Assembly: GCA_965655095.1 (NCBI GenBank)
Contig: OZ296658.1
Span: forward strand, 17,484,001 to 17,548,000
Reading direction: 5' to 3'
DNA: 64,000 bases
From: Haplodiscus bocki
Lineage: Eukaryota
A program made the position numbers and the translations under genes. Position 1 is the stretch's first letter; every line of letters begins with the position of its first letter. Under the pieces are notes generated by a model. The model did not search any database. It had not been told where the DNA came from and saw only the letters and a list, made by a program, of their open reading frames with translations. Below, one piece after another: positions 46,819 to 58,200 of the stretch.

Positions 46819-48520
46819 TTGGAATGATTTTCCTAATTTGTGTTCTATCAGAAACGAAGTTCTCAGTAGACTTTTCTGTTTGGTAGCGAAGCACTTCTCT
46901 CGAGAAGAATCGAAGTGCTGGCATCCACATATACGATATTGCCGTTAGGAGCGGGGCTGTAATCAACTGAGTCGTTGAAAAATAACTCGTTTTTTACAAG
47001 CGGTCATCGCATCTGGATTTTCTCTACGTTTTCTGACTTGTCTAAAAAGGTAATGGTGCCGGTCAGTCTGAAAGTGCCGATTGTCCCAAATCCGGTACTG
47101 ACTGTAAGTAAGGACTTTAATACAAGTGAGTTAATTTCAAGTGGACCGCAACGCTGTTTTTACATTTAGTCAAACAGGAAGTATAATTATCGTTAGGTTT
47201 TTTGTGCTGAAAAGGAGAACAAATCTCTAAAGTGGTCGCGAAGTGCCAACTTCTACTGAACTACAACTGTACTTCTTCAGTTCGTCCCAGGGGAAGTCTA
47301 ATTATTGCTACGTGTTTTGTGTTGATCGAGAAAACATTTCTCAGGGGAAATCTCGCAGTGCCTTTCTCCGCATATCACTTACCATCTAGAGGTTCGCCGT
47401 AGTAGGAGATTCTTCAAATGAAGAATGACGTGAAACTGTTACAATGTGTCGAACCCAAAGGGATAATCCACTATTTTGTCTTTTCGCTAACCGAAAAAGA
47501 CTGCCGCGGGACGGGCCCCAAACTGCTGAGTTCCTTTTCTCCAAATACCCTATTGTTACGGAGGACTTAACCAATGGAGCTGTGCAAGTTTGTTTTTTTT
47601 TAACTGTTGCACTCTGTTTCCTGGTTCTTCCAATTCTAAGCACAGTTTTTTGAAAAAAAGAATTACTCCGTGCAAGTTCGAACTGCCGACTACCGCATAT
47701 TTTGTACTGTCGGTAAGTACGTTGCTCTAACCAAATGACCTACAGGACCTTGAAAAATTTCATTTACTTTGTGTTCTGTCGCAAACGAAGTTCTCGATGC
47801 AATTTTTTATTGTTTGGCAGCAAAGCACTTCTCTCGAGAAGAATTGAAGTACCGACATTTACCATAATGCCAATAGGTACGGGTCTGTACTCAGCTGAGT
47901 TACTGAATTGTAACGTGTGTTTTCTACAAACTGTGCCATCGCATCATGATTTTTCTCTACGTTTTGTGACTTGTCTAAAAAGGTTATGGTGCCGGTCAAT
48001 CTGAAAATGCCGATTTTCCCAAAATCGGAACTGTTTGTAAGTAAGGAGTTTTATACAAATGAGTTGAAAACAAGTGGACCACAACCCTATTTTTACATTT
48101 AGTCAAATCGGATATATAACTGTCGTTTGAATTTTCGTGCTGAAAAAGAAAACAATTCTTAAAATTATCGAGAAGTGCCAACTTCTCCACATCTCAGACT
48201 CTCTATAGTTACACCGTTGTACTGCACATCTCAGACTGCCTATGGGTACACCGTTGTATCCCAAACTCCGACTGGAGGTTGACATGTAACGTTTAGAATC
48301 TGTCGCACTGCGAAAACGTCGTCCATTAACTTTTCTGTTCGGTGACCGGTAGGTGTTGTGCTGGTCGTGCTGACCCTGCCAATTTCCTTTCATCGCATAC
48401 TGCCTATTGATTGGTACGAAAGATCCGACCAGAGAGGTTACGCTGGCTTTTTTCAACAGTTACAGTCTGTCCCCCGGTTATCACATTTCTCACCACAGTT
48501 TCTTCCTTCACAAATAGTGT

Positions 48521-48607
48521 TGCTCCCGGGCAGGTTCGAACTGCAGACTTCCGCATATCTCGTACTGTCTATAAGTACGGTGCTCTAACCAACTGAGCTA
48601 CGGGAGC
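48521..48607 (-). tRNA. tRNA-Ile-TAT: tRNA-Ile(UAU), near-intact (G49T) with terminator degraded to TATTT
   Basis: One T-stem mismatch; downstream T5 run interrupted. Confidence 0.5.
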
Positions 48608-49377
48608 TTGGAATGATTTTCCTATTTTGTGTTCTATCAGAAACGGAGTTCTCAGTAGACTTTTCTTTTTGGTGGCGAAGCATTTCTCTCGAGAAGAATC
48701 GAAGTGCTGGCATCCACATATACGATACTGCCGTTTGGAATGGGGCTGTGATCAACTGAGTCCTTGAAAAATAACGCGTTCTTTACAAGCGGTCATCGCA
48801 TCTGGATTTTCCTCTACGTTTTCTGACTTGTCTAAAAAGGTAATGGTGCCGGTCAATCTGAAAATGCCGATTTTCCCAAAATCGGAACTGTTTGTAAGTA
48901 AGGAGTTTTATACAAATGAGTTGAAAACAAGTGGACCACAACCCTATTTTTACATTTAGTCAAATCGGATATATAACTGTCGTTTGAATTTTCGTGCTGA
49001 AAAAGAAAACAATTCTTAAAATTATCGAGAAGTGCCAACTTCTCCACATCTCAGACTCTCTATAGTTACACCGTTGTACTGCACATCTCAGACTGCCTAT
49101 GGGTACACCGTTGTATCCCAAACTCCGACTGGAGGTTGACATGTAACGTTTAGAATCTGTCGCACTGCGAAAACGTCGTCCATTAACTTTTCTGTTCGGT
49201 GACCGGTAGGTGTTGTGCTGGTCGTGCTGACCCTGCCAATTTCCTTTCATCGCATACTGCCTATTGATTGGTACGAAAGATCCGACCAGAGAGGTTACGC
49301 TGGCTTTTTTCAACAGTTACAGTCTGTCCCCCGGTTATCACATTTCTCACCACAGTTTCTTCCTTCACAAATAGTGT

Positions 49378-49464
49378 TGCTCCCGGGCAGGTTCGAACTG
49401 CAGACTTCCGCATATCTCGTACTGTCTATAAGTACGGTACTCTAACCAACTGAACTACGGGAGC
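49378..49464 (-). pseudogene. tRNA-Ile(UAU) variant (G49T, wobble D-stem, terminator TATTT)
   Basis: 3' half matches the 48521 copy; D arm matches the 43143 copy (GTTC/GAGT), suggesting a recombinant. Confidence 0.6.
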
Positions 49465-51172
49465 TTGGAATGATTTCCCTGTTTTGTGTTCTATCAGAAA
49501 TGGAGTTCTCAGTAGACTTTTCTGTTTGGTGGCGAAGCACTTCTCTGAGAAAAATCGAAGTGCTGGCATCCACATATACGATACTGCCGTTTGGAATGGG
49601 GCTGTGATCAACTGAGTCCTTGAAAAATAACGCGTTCTTTACAAGCGGTCATCGCATCTGGATTTTCCTCTACGTTTTCTGACTTGTCTAAAAAGGTAAT
49701 GGTGCCGGTCAGTCTGAAAGTGCCGATTGTCCCAAATCCGGTACTGACTGTTAGTAAGGACTTTAATACAAGTGAGTTAAATTCAAGTGGACCGCAACGC
49801 TGTTTTTACATTTAGCCAAACAGGAAGTATATTTATCGTTAGGTTTTTTGTGCTGAAAAAGAGAACAAATCTCTAAAGTGATCGCGAAGTGCCAACTTCT
49901 ACTGAACTACAACTGTACTTCTTCAGTTCGTCCCAGGGGAAGTCTAATTATTGCTACGTGTTTTGTGTTGATCGAGAAAACATTTCTCAGGGGAAATCTC
50001 GCAGTGCCTTTCTCCGCATATCACTTACCATCTAGGGGTTCGTCGTAGTAGGAAATTCTTCAAATGAAGGTTGACGTGAAACTGTTACAATGTGTCGAAC
50101 CCGAAGGGATAATCCACTATTTTGTCTTTTCGGAAACCGAAAAAGACTCCCGCGGGACGGGCTCCAAACTGCTGAGTTCCTTTTCTCCAAATACCCTATT
50201 GTTACGGAGGACTTAACCAATTGAGCTGTGCAAGTTTGTTTTTTTTTAACTGTTGCACTCTGTTTCCTGGTTCTTCCAATTCTAAGCACAGTTTCTTGAA
50301 AAAAAGAATTACTCCCTGCAAGTTCGAACTGCCGACTACCGCAGATTTTGTACTGTCGGTAAGTACGTTGCTCTAACCAAATGACCTACAGGACCTTGAC
50401 AATTTTCATTTAATTTGTGTTCTGCCGCAAACGGAGTTCTCGATGCAATTTTTTATTTTTTGGCAGCAGAGCACTTCTCGCGAGAAGAATTGAAGTACCG
50501 ACATCAACATATACCATAATGCCAATAGGTACGGATCTGTACTCAGCTGAGTTACTGAATTGTAACGTGTGTTTTCTACAAACTGTGCCATCGCATCATG
50601 ATTTTTCTCTACGTTTTGTGACTTGTCTAAAAAGGTTATGGTGCCGGTCAATCTGAAAATGCCGATTTTCCCAAAATCGGAACTGTTTGTAAGTAAGGAG
50701 TTTTATACAAATGAGTTGAAAACAAGTGGACCACAACCCTATTTTTACATTTAGTCAAATCGGATATATAACTGTCGTTTGAATTTTCGTGCTGAAAAAG
50801 AAAACAATTCTTAAAATTATCGAGAAGTGCCAACTTCTCCACATCTCAGACTCTCTATAGTTACACCGTTGTACTGCACATCTCAGACTGCCTATGGGTA
50901 CACCGTTGTATCCGAAACTCCGACTGGAGTTTGACATGTAACGTTTAGAATCTGTCGCACTGCGAAAACGTCGTCCATTAACTTTTCTGTTCGGTAACCG
51001 GAAGGTGTTGTGCTGGTCGTGCTGACCCTGCCAATTTCCTTTCATCGCATACTGCCTATTGATTGGTACGAAAGATCCGACCAGAGAGGTTACGCTGGCT
51101 TTTTTCAACAGTTACAGTCTGTCCCCCGGTTATCACATTTCTCACCACAGTTTCTTCCTTCACAAAAAGTGT

Positions 51173-51259
51173 TGCTCCCGGGCAGGTTCGAACTGCAGAC
51201 TTCCGCACATCTCGTATTGTCTATACGTACGGTGCTCTAACCAACTAAGCTACGGGAGC
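51173..51259 (-). pseudogene. tRNA-Ile(UAU) pseudogene
   Basis: Invariant U33 changed to G, plus G49T and other changes. Confidence 0.75.
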
Positions 51260-52970
51260 TTGGAATGATTTTCCTATTTTGTGTTCTATCAGAAACGGAG
51301 TTCTCAGTAGACTTTTCTTTTTGGTGGCGAAGCACTTCTCTCGAGAAGAATCGAAGTGCTGGCATCCACATATACGATACTGCCATTTGGAACGGGGCTG
51401 TGATCAACTGAGTCCTTGAAAAATAACGCGTTCTTTACAAGCGGTCATCGCATCTGGATTTTCCTCTACCTTTTCTGACTTGTCTAAAAATGTTATGGTG
51501 CCGGTCAGTCTGAAAGTGCCGATTGTCCCAAATGAGGTACTGACTGTAAGTAAGGACTTTAATACAAGTGAGTTAAATTCAAGTGGACCGCAACGCTGTT
51601 TTTACATTTAGCCAAACAGGAAGTATAATTATCGTTAGGTTTTTTGTGCTGAAAAGGAGAACAACTCTCTAAAGTGGTGGCGAAGTGCCAACTTCTACTG
51701 AACTACAACTGTACTTCTTCAGTTCGTCCCAGGGGAAGTCTAATTATTGCTACGTGTTTTGTGTTGATCGAGAAAACATTTCTCAGGGGAAGTCTCGCAG
51801 TGCCTTTCTCCGCATATCACTTACCATCTAGGGGTTCGCCGTAGTAGGAAATTCTTCAAATGAAGGTTGACGTGAAACTGTTACAATGTGTCGAACCCGA
51901 AGGGATAATCCACTATTTTGTCTTTTCGGTAACCGAAAAAGACTGCCGCGGGACGGGCCCCAAACGGCTGAGTTCCTTTTCTCCAAATACCCTATTGTTA
52001 CGGAGGATTTAACCAATGGAGCTGTGCAAGTTTGTTTTTTTTTTAACTGTTGCACTCTATTTCCTGGTTCTTCCAATTCTAAGCACAGTTTCTTGAAAAA
52101 AAGAATTACTCCCTGCAAGTTCGAACTGCCGACTGCCGCAGATTTTGTGCTGTCGGTAAGTACGTTGCTCTAACCAAATGACCTACAGGACCTTGAAAAA
52201 TTTCATTTACTTTGTGTTCTGTCGCAAACGGAGTTCTCGATGCAACTCTTTATTGTTTGGCAGCGAAGCACTTCTGGCGAGAAGAATTGAAGTACCGACA
52301 TCAACGTATACCATAATGCCAATAGGTCCGGGTCTGTACTCAGCTGAGTTACTGAATTGTAACGTGTGTTTTCTACAAACTGTTCCATCGCATCATGAGT
52401 TTTCTCTACCTTTTGAGACTTGTCTAAAAAGGTCAAGATGCCGGTGAATCTGAAAGTGCCGATTGTCCCAAAATCGGAACTGTCTGTAAGTGAGGAGTAT
52501 TATACAAGTGAGTTCAAAACGAGTCGATCACAACCCTATTTTTACATTTAGTCAAATCGGATGTATAACTATCGTTAGAATTTTCGTGCCGAAAAGGAAA
52601 ACAATTCTTAAAAGTTATCGGGAAGTGCCAACTTCTTCACATCTCAGACTGTCTATAGGTACGCCGTTGTACTGCACATCTCCGACTGTCTATGGGTACA
52701 CCGTTGTATCCGAATCTCCGTTTGGAGGTTGACAAGTAACGATTAGAATCTGTCGCACTGCGAAAACGTCGTCCATTACCTTTTCTGTTCGGTGACCGAA
52801 AGGTGTTCTGCTGGCCCTGCTGACGCTGCCAATTCCCTCTCATCGCATACTGCCTATTGATTGGTACGAAAGATCCGACCAGAGAGGATACGCTGGCTTT
52901 TTTCAACAGTTACTGTCTGTCCCCTGGTTATCACGTTTCTCACCACAGTTTCTTCCTTCACAAAAAGTGT

Positions 52971-53057
52971 TGCTCCCGGGCAGGTGCAAACTGCCGACTT
53001 CCGCATATCTCGTACTGTCTATAAGTACGGTGCTCTAACCAACTGAGCTTCGGGAGC
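52971..53057 (-). pseudogene. tRNA-Ile(UAU) pseudogene
   Basis: T-loop TTTGCAC (B box lost) and U8 changed to A. Confidence 0.75.
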
Positions 53058-54763
53058 TTGGAATGATTTGCCTGTTTTGTGTTCTATCAGAAACAGAGTT
53101 CTCAGTAGACTTTTCTGTTTGGTGGCGAAGCACTTCTCTCGAGAAGAATCGAAGTGCTGGCATCCACATATACGATACTGCCATTAGGAACGGGGCTGTA
53201 ATCAACTGAGTCCTTGAAAAACAACGCGTTCTTTACAAGCGGTAATCGCGTTTGGATTTTCCTCTACGTTTTCTGACTTGTCTAAAAGGTAATGGTGCCG
53301 GTCAGTCTGAAAGTGCCGGTTGTCCCAAACCAGGTACTGACTGTAAGTAAGGACTTTAATACAAGTGAGTTAAGTTCAAGTGGACCACAACGCTGTTTTT
53401 ACATTTAGCCAAGTAGGAAGTATAATTATCGTTATGTTTTTCGTGCTGAAAGGGGAGCAAATCTCACAAGTGGTCGCGAAGTGCCAACTTCTACTGAACT
53501 ACAACTCTACTTCTTCAGTTAGTCCCAAGGGAAGTCTAATTATCGCTGCGTATTTTGTGTTGATCGAGTAAACAACTCGCAGGGGAAGTCTCGCAGTGCC
53601 TTTCTCCTCATATCACTTACCATCTAGGGGTTCGGCGTAGTAGGAATTTCTTCAAATGGAGGTTGACGTGAAACTCTTACAATCTGTCGAACCCGAAGGG
53701 ATATTCCACTAATTTGTCTGTTCCGTAACCGAAAAACACTGCCGCGGGACGGGCCCCAAACGGCTGAGTTCCTTTTCTCCAAATACCTTATTGTTACGGA
53801 GGATTTAACCATTGGAGCTGTGCAAGCTCGTTTTTTTTAACTCTTGCACTCTGTTTCCTGGTTCTTCCATTTCGCAGCACAGTTTCTTCAAAAAAAGAAT
53901 TACTCCCTGAAGGTTCGAACTGCCGACTACCGCAGATTTTGTACTGTCGGTAAGTACGGTGCTCTAACCAAATGACCTACAGGACCTTGAAAATTTTCAT
54001 TTACTTTGTGTTCTGTCGCAAACGGAGTTCTCGACGCAATTTTTTATTGTTTGGCAGCAAAGCACTTCTCGCGAGAAGAATTGAAGTACCGACATCAACA
54101 CATACCATAATGCCAATAGGTACGGATCTGTACTCAGCTGAGTTACTGAATTGTAACGAGTGTTTTCTACAAACTGTGCCATCGCATCATGATTTTCCTC
54201 TACGTTTTGTGACTTGTCTAAAAAGGTTATGGTGCCGGTCAATCTGAAAATGCCGATTTTCCCAAAATCGGAACTGTTTGTAAGTAAGGAGTTTTTTACA
54301 AATGAGTTGAAGACAAGTGGACCACAACCCTATTTTTACATTTAGTCAAATCGGATATATAACTGTCGTTAGATTTTTCGTGCTGAAAAAGAAAACAATT
54401 CTTAAAATTATCGGGAAGTGCCAACTTCTCCACATCTCAGACTGTCTATAGGTACACCGTTGTACTGCACATCTCAGACTGCCTATGGGTACACCGTTGT
54501 ATCCGAATCTCCGACTGGAGGTTGACATGTAACGTTTACAATCTGTCGCACTGCGGAAACGTCGTCCATCACCTTTTCTGTTCGGTGACCGAATGGTGTT
54601 GTTTTGTTCCTGCTGATCCTGCCGATTTCCTTTCATCGCATACTGCCTATTGATTCGTACGAAAGATCCGACCAGAGAGGGTACGCTGGTTGTTTTCAAC
54701 AGTTACAGTCTGTCTCCTGGTAATCACATTTCTCACCACAGTTTCTTCCTTCACAAAAAGTGT

Positions 54764-54850
54764 TGCTCCCGGGCAGGTTCGAACCGCCGACTTCCGCATA
54801 TCTCGTACTGTCTATAAGTACGGTGCTCTAACCAACTGAGCTACGGGAGC
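54764..54850 (-). tRNA. tRNA-Ile-TAT: tRNA-Ile(UAU) with 13-nt intron, intact (one G.U pair in the T-stem)
   Basis: T-stem GGCGG/CTGCC, B box GGTTCGAACC, T5 terminator present. Confidence 0.88.
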
Positions 54851-55234
54851 TTGGAATGATTTGCCTGTTTTGTGTTCTATCAGAAACAGAGTTCTCAGTA
54901 GACTTTTCTGTTTGGTGGCGAAGCACTTCTCTCGAGAAGAATCGAAGTGCTGGCATCCACATATACGATACTGCCATTAGGAACGGGGCTGTAATCAACT
55001 GAGTCCTTGAAAAACAACGCGTTCTTTACAAGCGGTCATCGCATCTGGATTTTCCTCTACGTTTTCTGACTTGTCTAAAAATTTTATGGTGCCGGTCAGT
55101 CTGAAAGTGCCGATTGTCCCAAATGAGGTACTGACTGTAAGTAAGGACTTTAATACAAGTGAGTTAAATTCAAGTGGACCACAACGCTGTTTTCACACTT
55201 AGCCAAATAGGAAGTATGTTTATAGTTAGGCGTT

Positions 55235-58200
55235 TTGCCTATTGGAACGAAAGATCCGACCAACGGTGATTCGCGAGCTTTTTTCCACTTTAACAGTCTG
55301 TCCCCTGATTATCACATTTCTCTCCACAGTTTCTTCCTTCACAAAAAGTGTTGCGTCGGGCAGCTTAGAACTGGCGACTTTAGTTTATCTTGTACTGTCA
55401 AAAAGTACGGTGCTCTAACCAACTGAGCTACGGGATCCTGAAAAATTTTATTTACTTTGTGTTCTGTCGGGAACGGAGTTCTCGATGGAGTTTTTGTGTT
55501 CGCTGGCAAAGCACTTCTCGCCAGAAGAATTGAAATACCGACATCCACATATACCATATTGCCAATAGGTACGGTCCTGTAATCAACTAAGGTACTGAAA
55601 CAAAACGTGTGTTTTCTACTAACTGTCCCATCGCTTCATGATTTTTCTGAGTTTTCTAACTTTACTGAATAGTTAGTGCTACCGTTCAATCTGAAAGTGC
55701 TGATTGTCCCAAATTCGGAACTGCCTGTAAGTTGGAAGTTCTATAGAATTGAGTTCAGTTCAAGTGGACCATACCTTTACTTCTATATTCAGTCAAATCG
55801 GAGGTATAATTATCGGTTGGTTTTTTATGGTGAAAATGAGAACAAATCTCACATGAAGTTGACGTGTAACCTCTACAACCTGTTGCACGGTAGACGTTTC
55901 TTACATTACTTTATCCTTTCTATAACCGAAAAGGAACGCTGCAGGATAGGCTCAGAGTGCCATAATCTTTCTGTTCCAGACTGTCTTTTGATACGGGAGA
56001 TGTAACCAACGGGGCTACGCAAGATCCACATTTATTTGTTACTCTCTGTATCTTCATTATCACATATTTTAGTACAGTTCCTGTGTTGTTTTCAAAAAGT
56101 TATGCTTTCAGGCACGCTCGATTTGCCAACTCCAGCTTGTCGCAAACTGTCCAAGGGCATGCCGTTGTATGCAACTCTTCAACTGGATGTCGACATGTTA
56201 CGTTCGCAATCTGTCACACTGCAAAGGCATCCTCGTTTACCTTGTCTGTTCGCTAACGGAAAGGAATTGCTTCTGGACAGGATCACCTTGTCGACTTCTT
56301 TTCATCGCGTACTGCCTATTGCTACGAAAGATCCGACCAACGAGGCTTCGCTCGCTTTTTTCTACTTTAACAAACTGTCCCCTGATTATCACAATTCTCT
56401 CCACAGTTTCTTCCTTCACAAAAAGTGTTGCGCCGGGCAGCTTAGAACTAGCGACTTTAGTATATCTTGTACTGTCAATAAGTACGGCGCTCTAAACAAC
56501 TGAGCTATGGGAGCCTGAAAAAATTCATTTACTTTGCGTTCTATCACAAACGGAGTTCTCGATGAGGTTTTTGTGTTCGCTTGCAAAGCACTTCTCGCCA
56601 GAAGAATTGAAATAACGACATCCACATATACCATATTGCCAATAAGTACGGTCCTGTAATCAACTGAGGTACTGAAACAAAACGTGTGTTTTCTACAAAC
56701 TGTCCCATCGCTTCATGATTTTTTTCTAAGTTTTCTAACTTTACTGAATAGTTAGTGGTACCGTTCAATCTGAAATTGCTGATTGTCCCAAATTCGGAAC
56801 TGTCTCTAAGTAGGAAGTTCTAAAGAATTAGGTTGAGTTCAAGTGGACCACAAATATACTTCCACATTCTGTCAAATCGGAAGATAACTATCGGTAGATT
56901 TTTTTGTGCTGAAAAGGAAAGCAAATCTCACATGAAATTGACGTGTAACCTCTACAACCTGTTGGACGGTAGACGTTTCTTACATTACTTTATCCTTTTT
57001 ACAACCGAAAAGGAACGCTGCAGGACAGGCTCAGAGTGCCATGTTCTTCCTGTTTCAGACTGTTTTTTGATACGGGAGATCTAACCAACGGAGCTACGCA
57101 AGATCCACCTTTTTTGTTAATCTCTGTATCTTCATTATCAGATTCTTTTGTTCAGTTTCTGTGTTGTTCTCAAAAAGTTATGCTTTCAGGCACGCTCGAT
57201 TTGCCAACTCCAGCTTGTCGCAAACTGTCCATCGACATGCCGTTGTTTGCAACTCTTTAACTGGATGTCGACATGTAACGTTCGCAATCTGTCACACTGC
57301 AAAGGCATCCTCGTTTACCTTGTCCGTTCGGTAACGGAAAGGAGTTGCTTCTAGACAGGGTCACCCTGTCGACTTGCTTTCATCGCGTACGGCCTATTGG
57401 TACGAAACATCCGACCAACGAGGCTTCGCTCGCTTTTTTCTACTTTAACAAACTGTCCCCTGATTATCACAATTCTCTCCACAGTTTCTTCCTTCACAAA
57501 AAGTGTTGCGCCGGGCAGCTTAGAACTGGCGACTTTAGTATATCTTGTACTGTCAATAAGTACGGCGCTCTAAACAACTGAGCTACGGGAGCCTGGAAAA
57601 CTTCATTTACTTTGCGTTCTGTCACAAACGGAGTTCTCGATGAGGTTTTTGTGTTCGCTTGCAAAGCACTTCTCGCCAGAAGAATTGAAATACCGACATC
57701 CACATATACTATATTGCCAATAGGTACGGTCCTGTAATCAACTGAGGTACTGAAACAAAACGTGTATTTTCTACAAACTGTCCCATTGCTTCATGATTTT
57801 TTTCTAAGTTTTCTAACTTTACTGAATAGTTAGTGGTACCGTTCAATCTGAAATTGCTGATTTTCCCAAATTCGGAACTGCCTGTAAGTAGCAAGTTCTA
57901 TAGAATTGAGTTGAGTTCAAGTGGACTACACCTTTACTTCTATATTCAGTCAAATCGGAAGTGTAATTGTCGGTTGGTTTTTTATGGTGAAAATGAGAAC
58001 AAATCTCACATGAAGTTGACGTGTAACCTCTACAACCTGTTGCACGGTAGACGTTTCTTACATTACTTTATCCTTTCTATAAGCGAAAAGGAACGCTGCA
58101 GGACAGGCTCAGAGTGCCATAATCTTTCTGTTCCAGACTATCTTTTGATACGGGAGATGTAACCAACGGGGCTACGCAAGATCCACATTTATTTGTTACT

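Larger units (their letters stand above)
39601..55234 (-). repeat. Domain D: ~1732-1798-bp higher-order repeat of 11 subunits (one shortened), plus one 857-bp short unit
   Basis: Best tRNA copy at 39679, 41411, 43143, 44937, 46732, 48521, 49378, 51173, 52971 and 54764. Confidence 0.9.
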
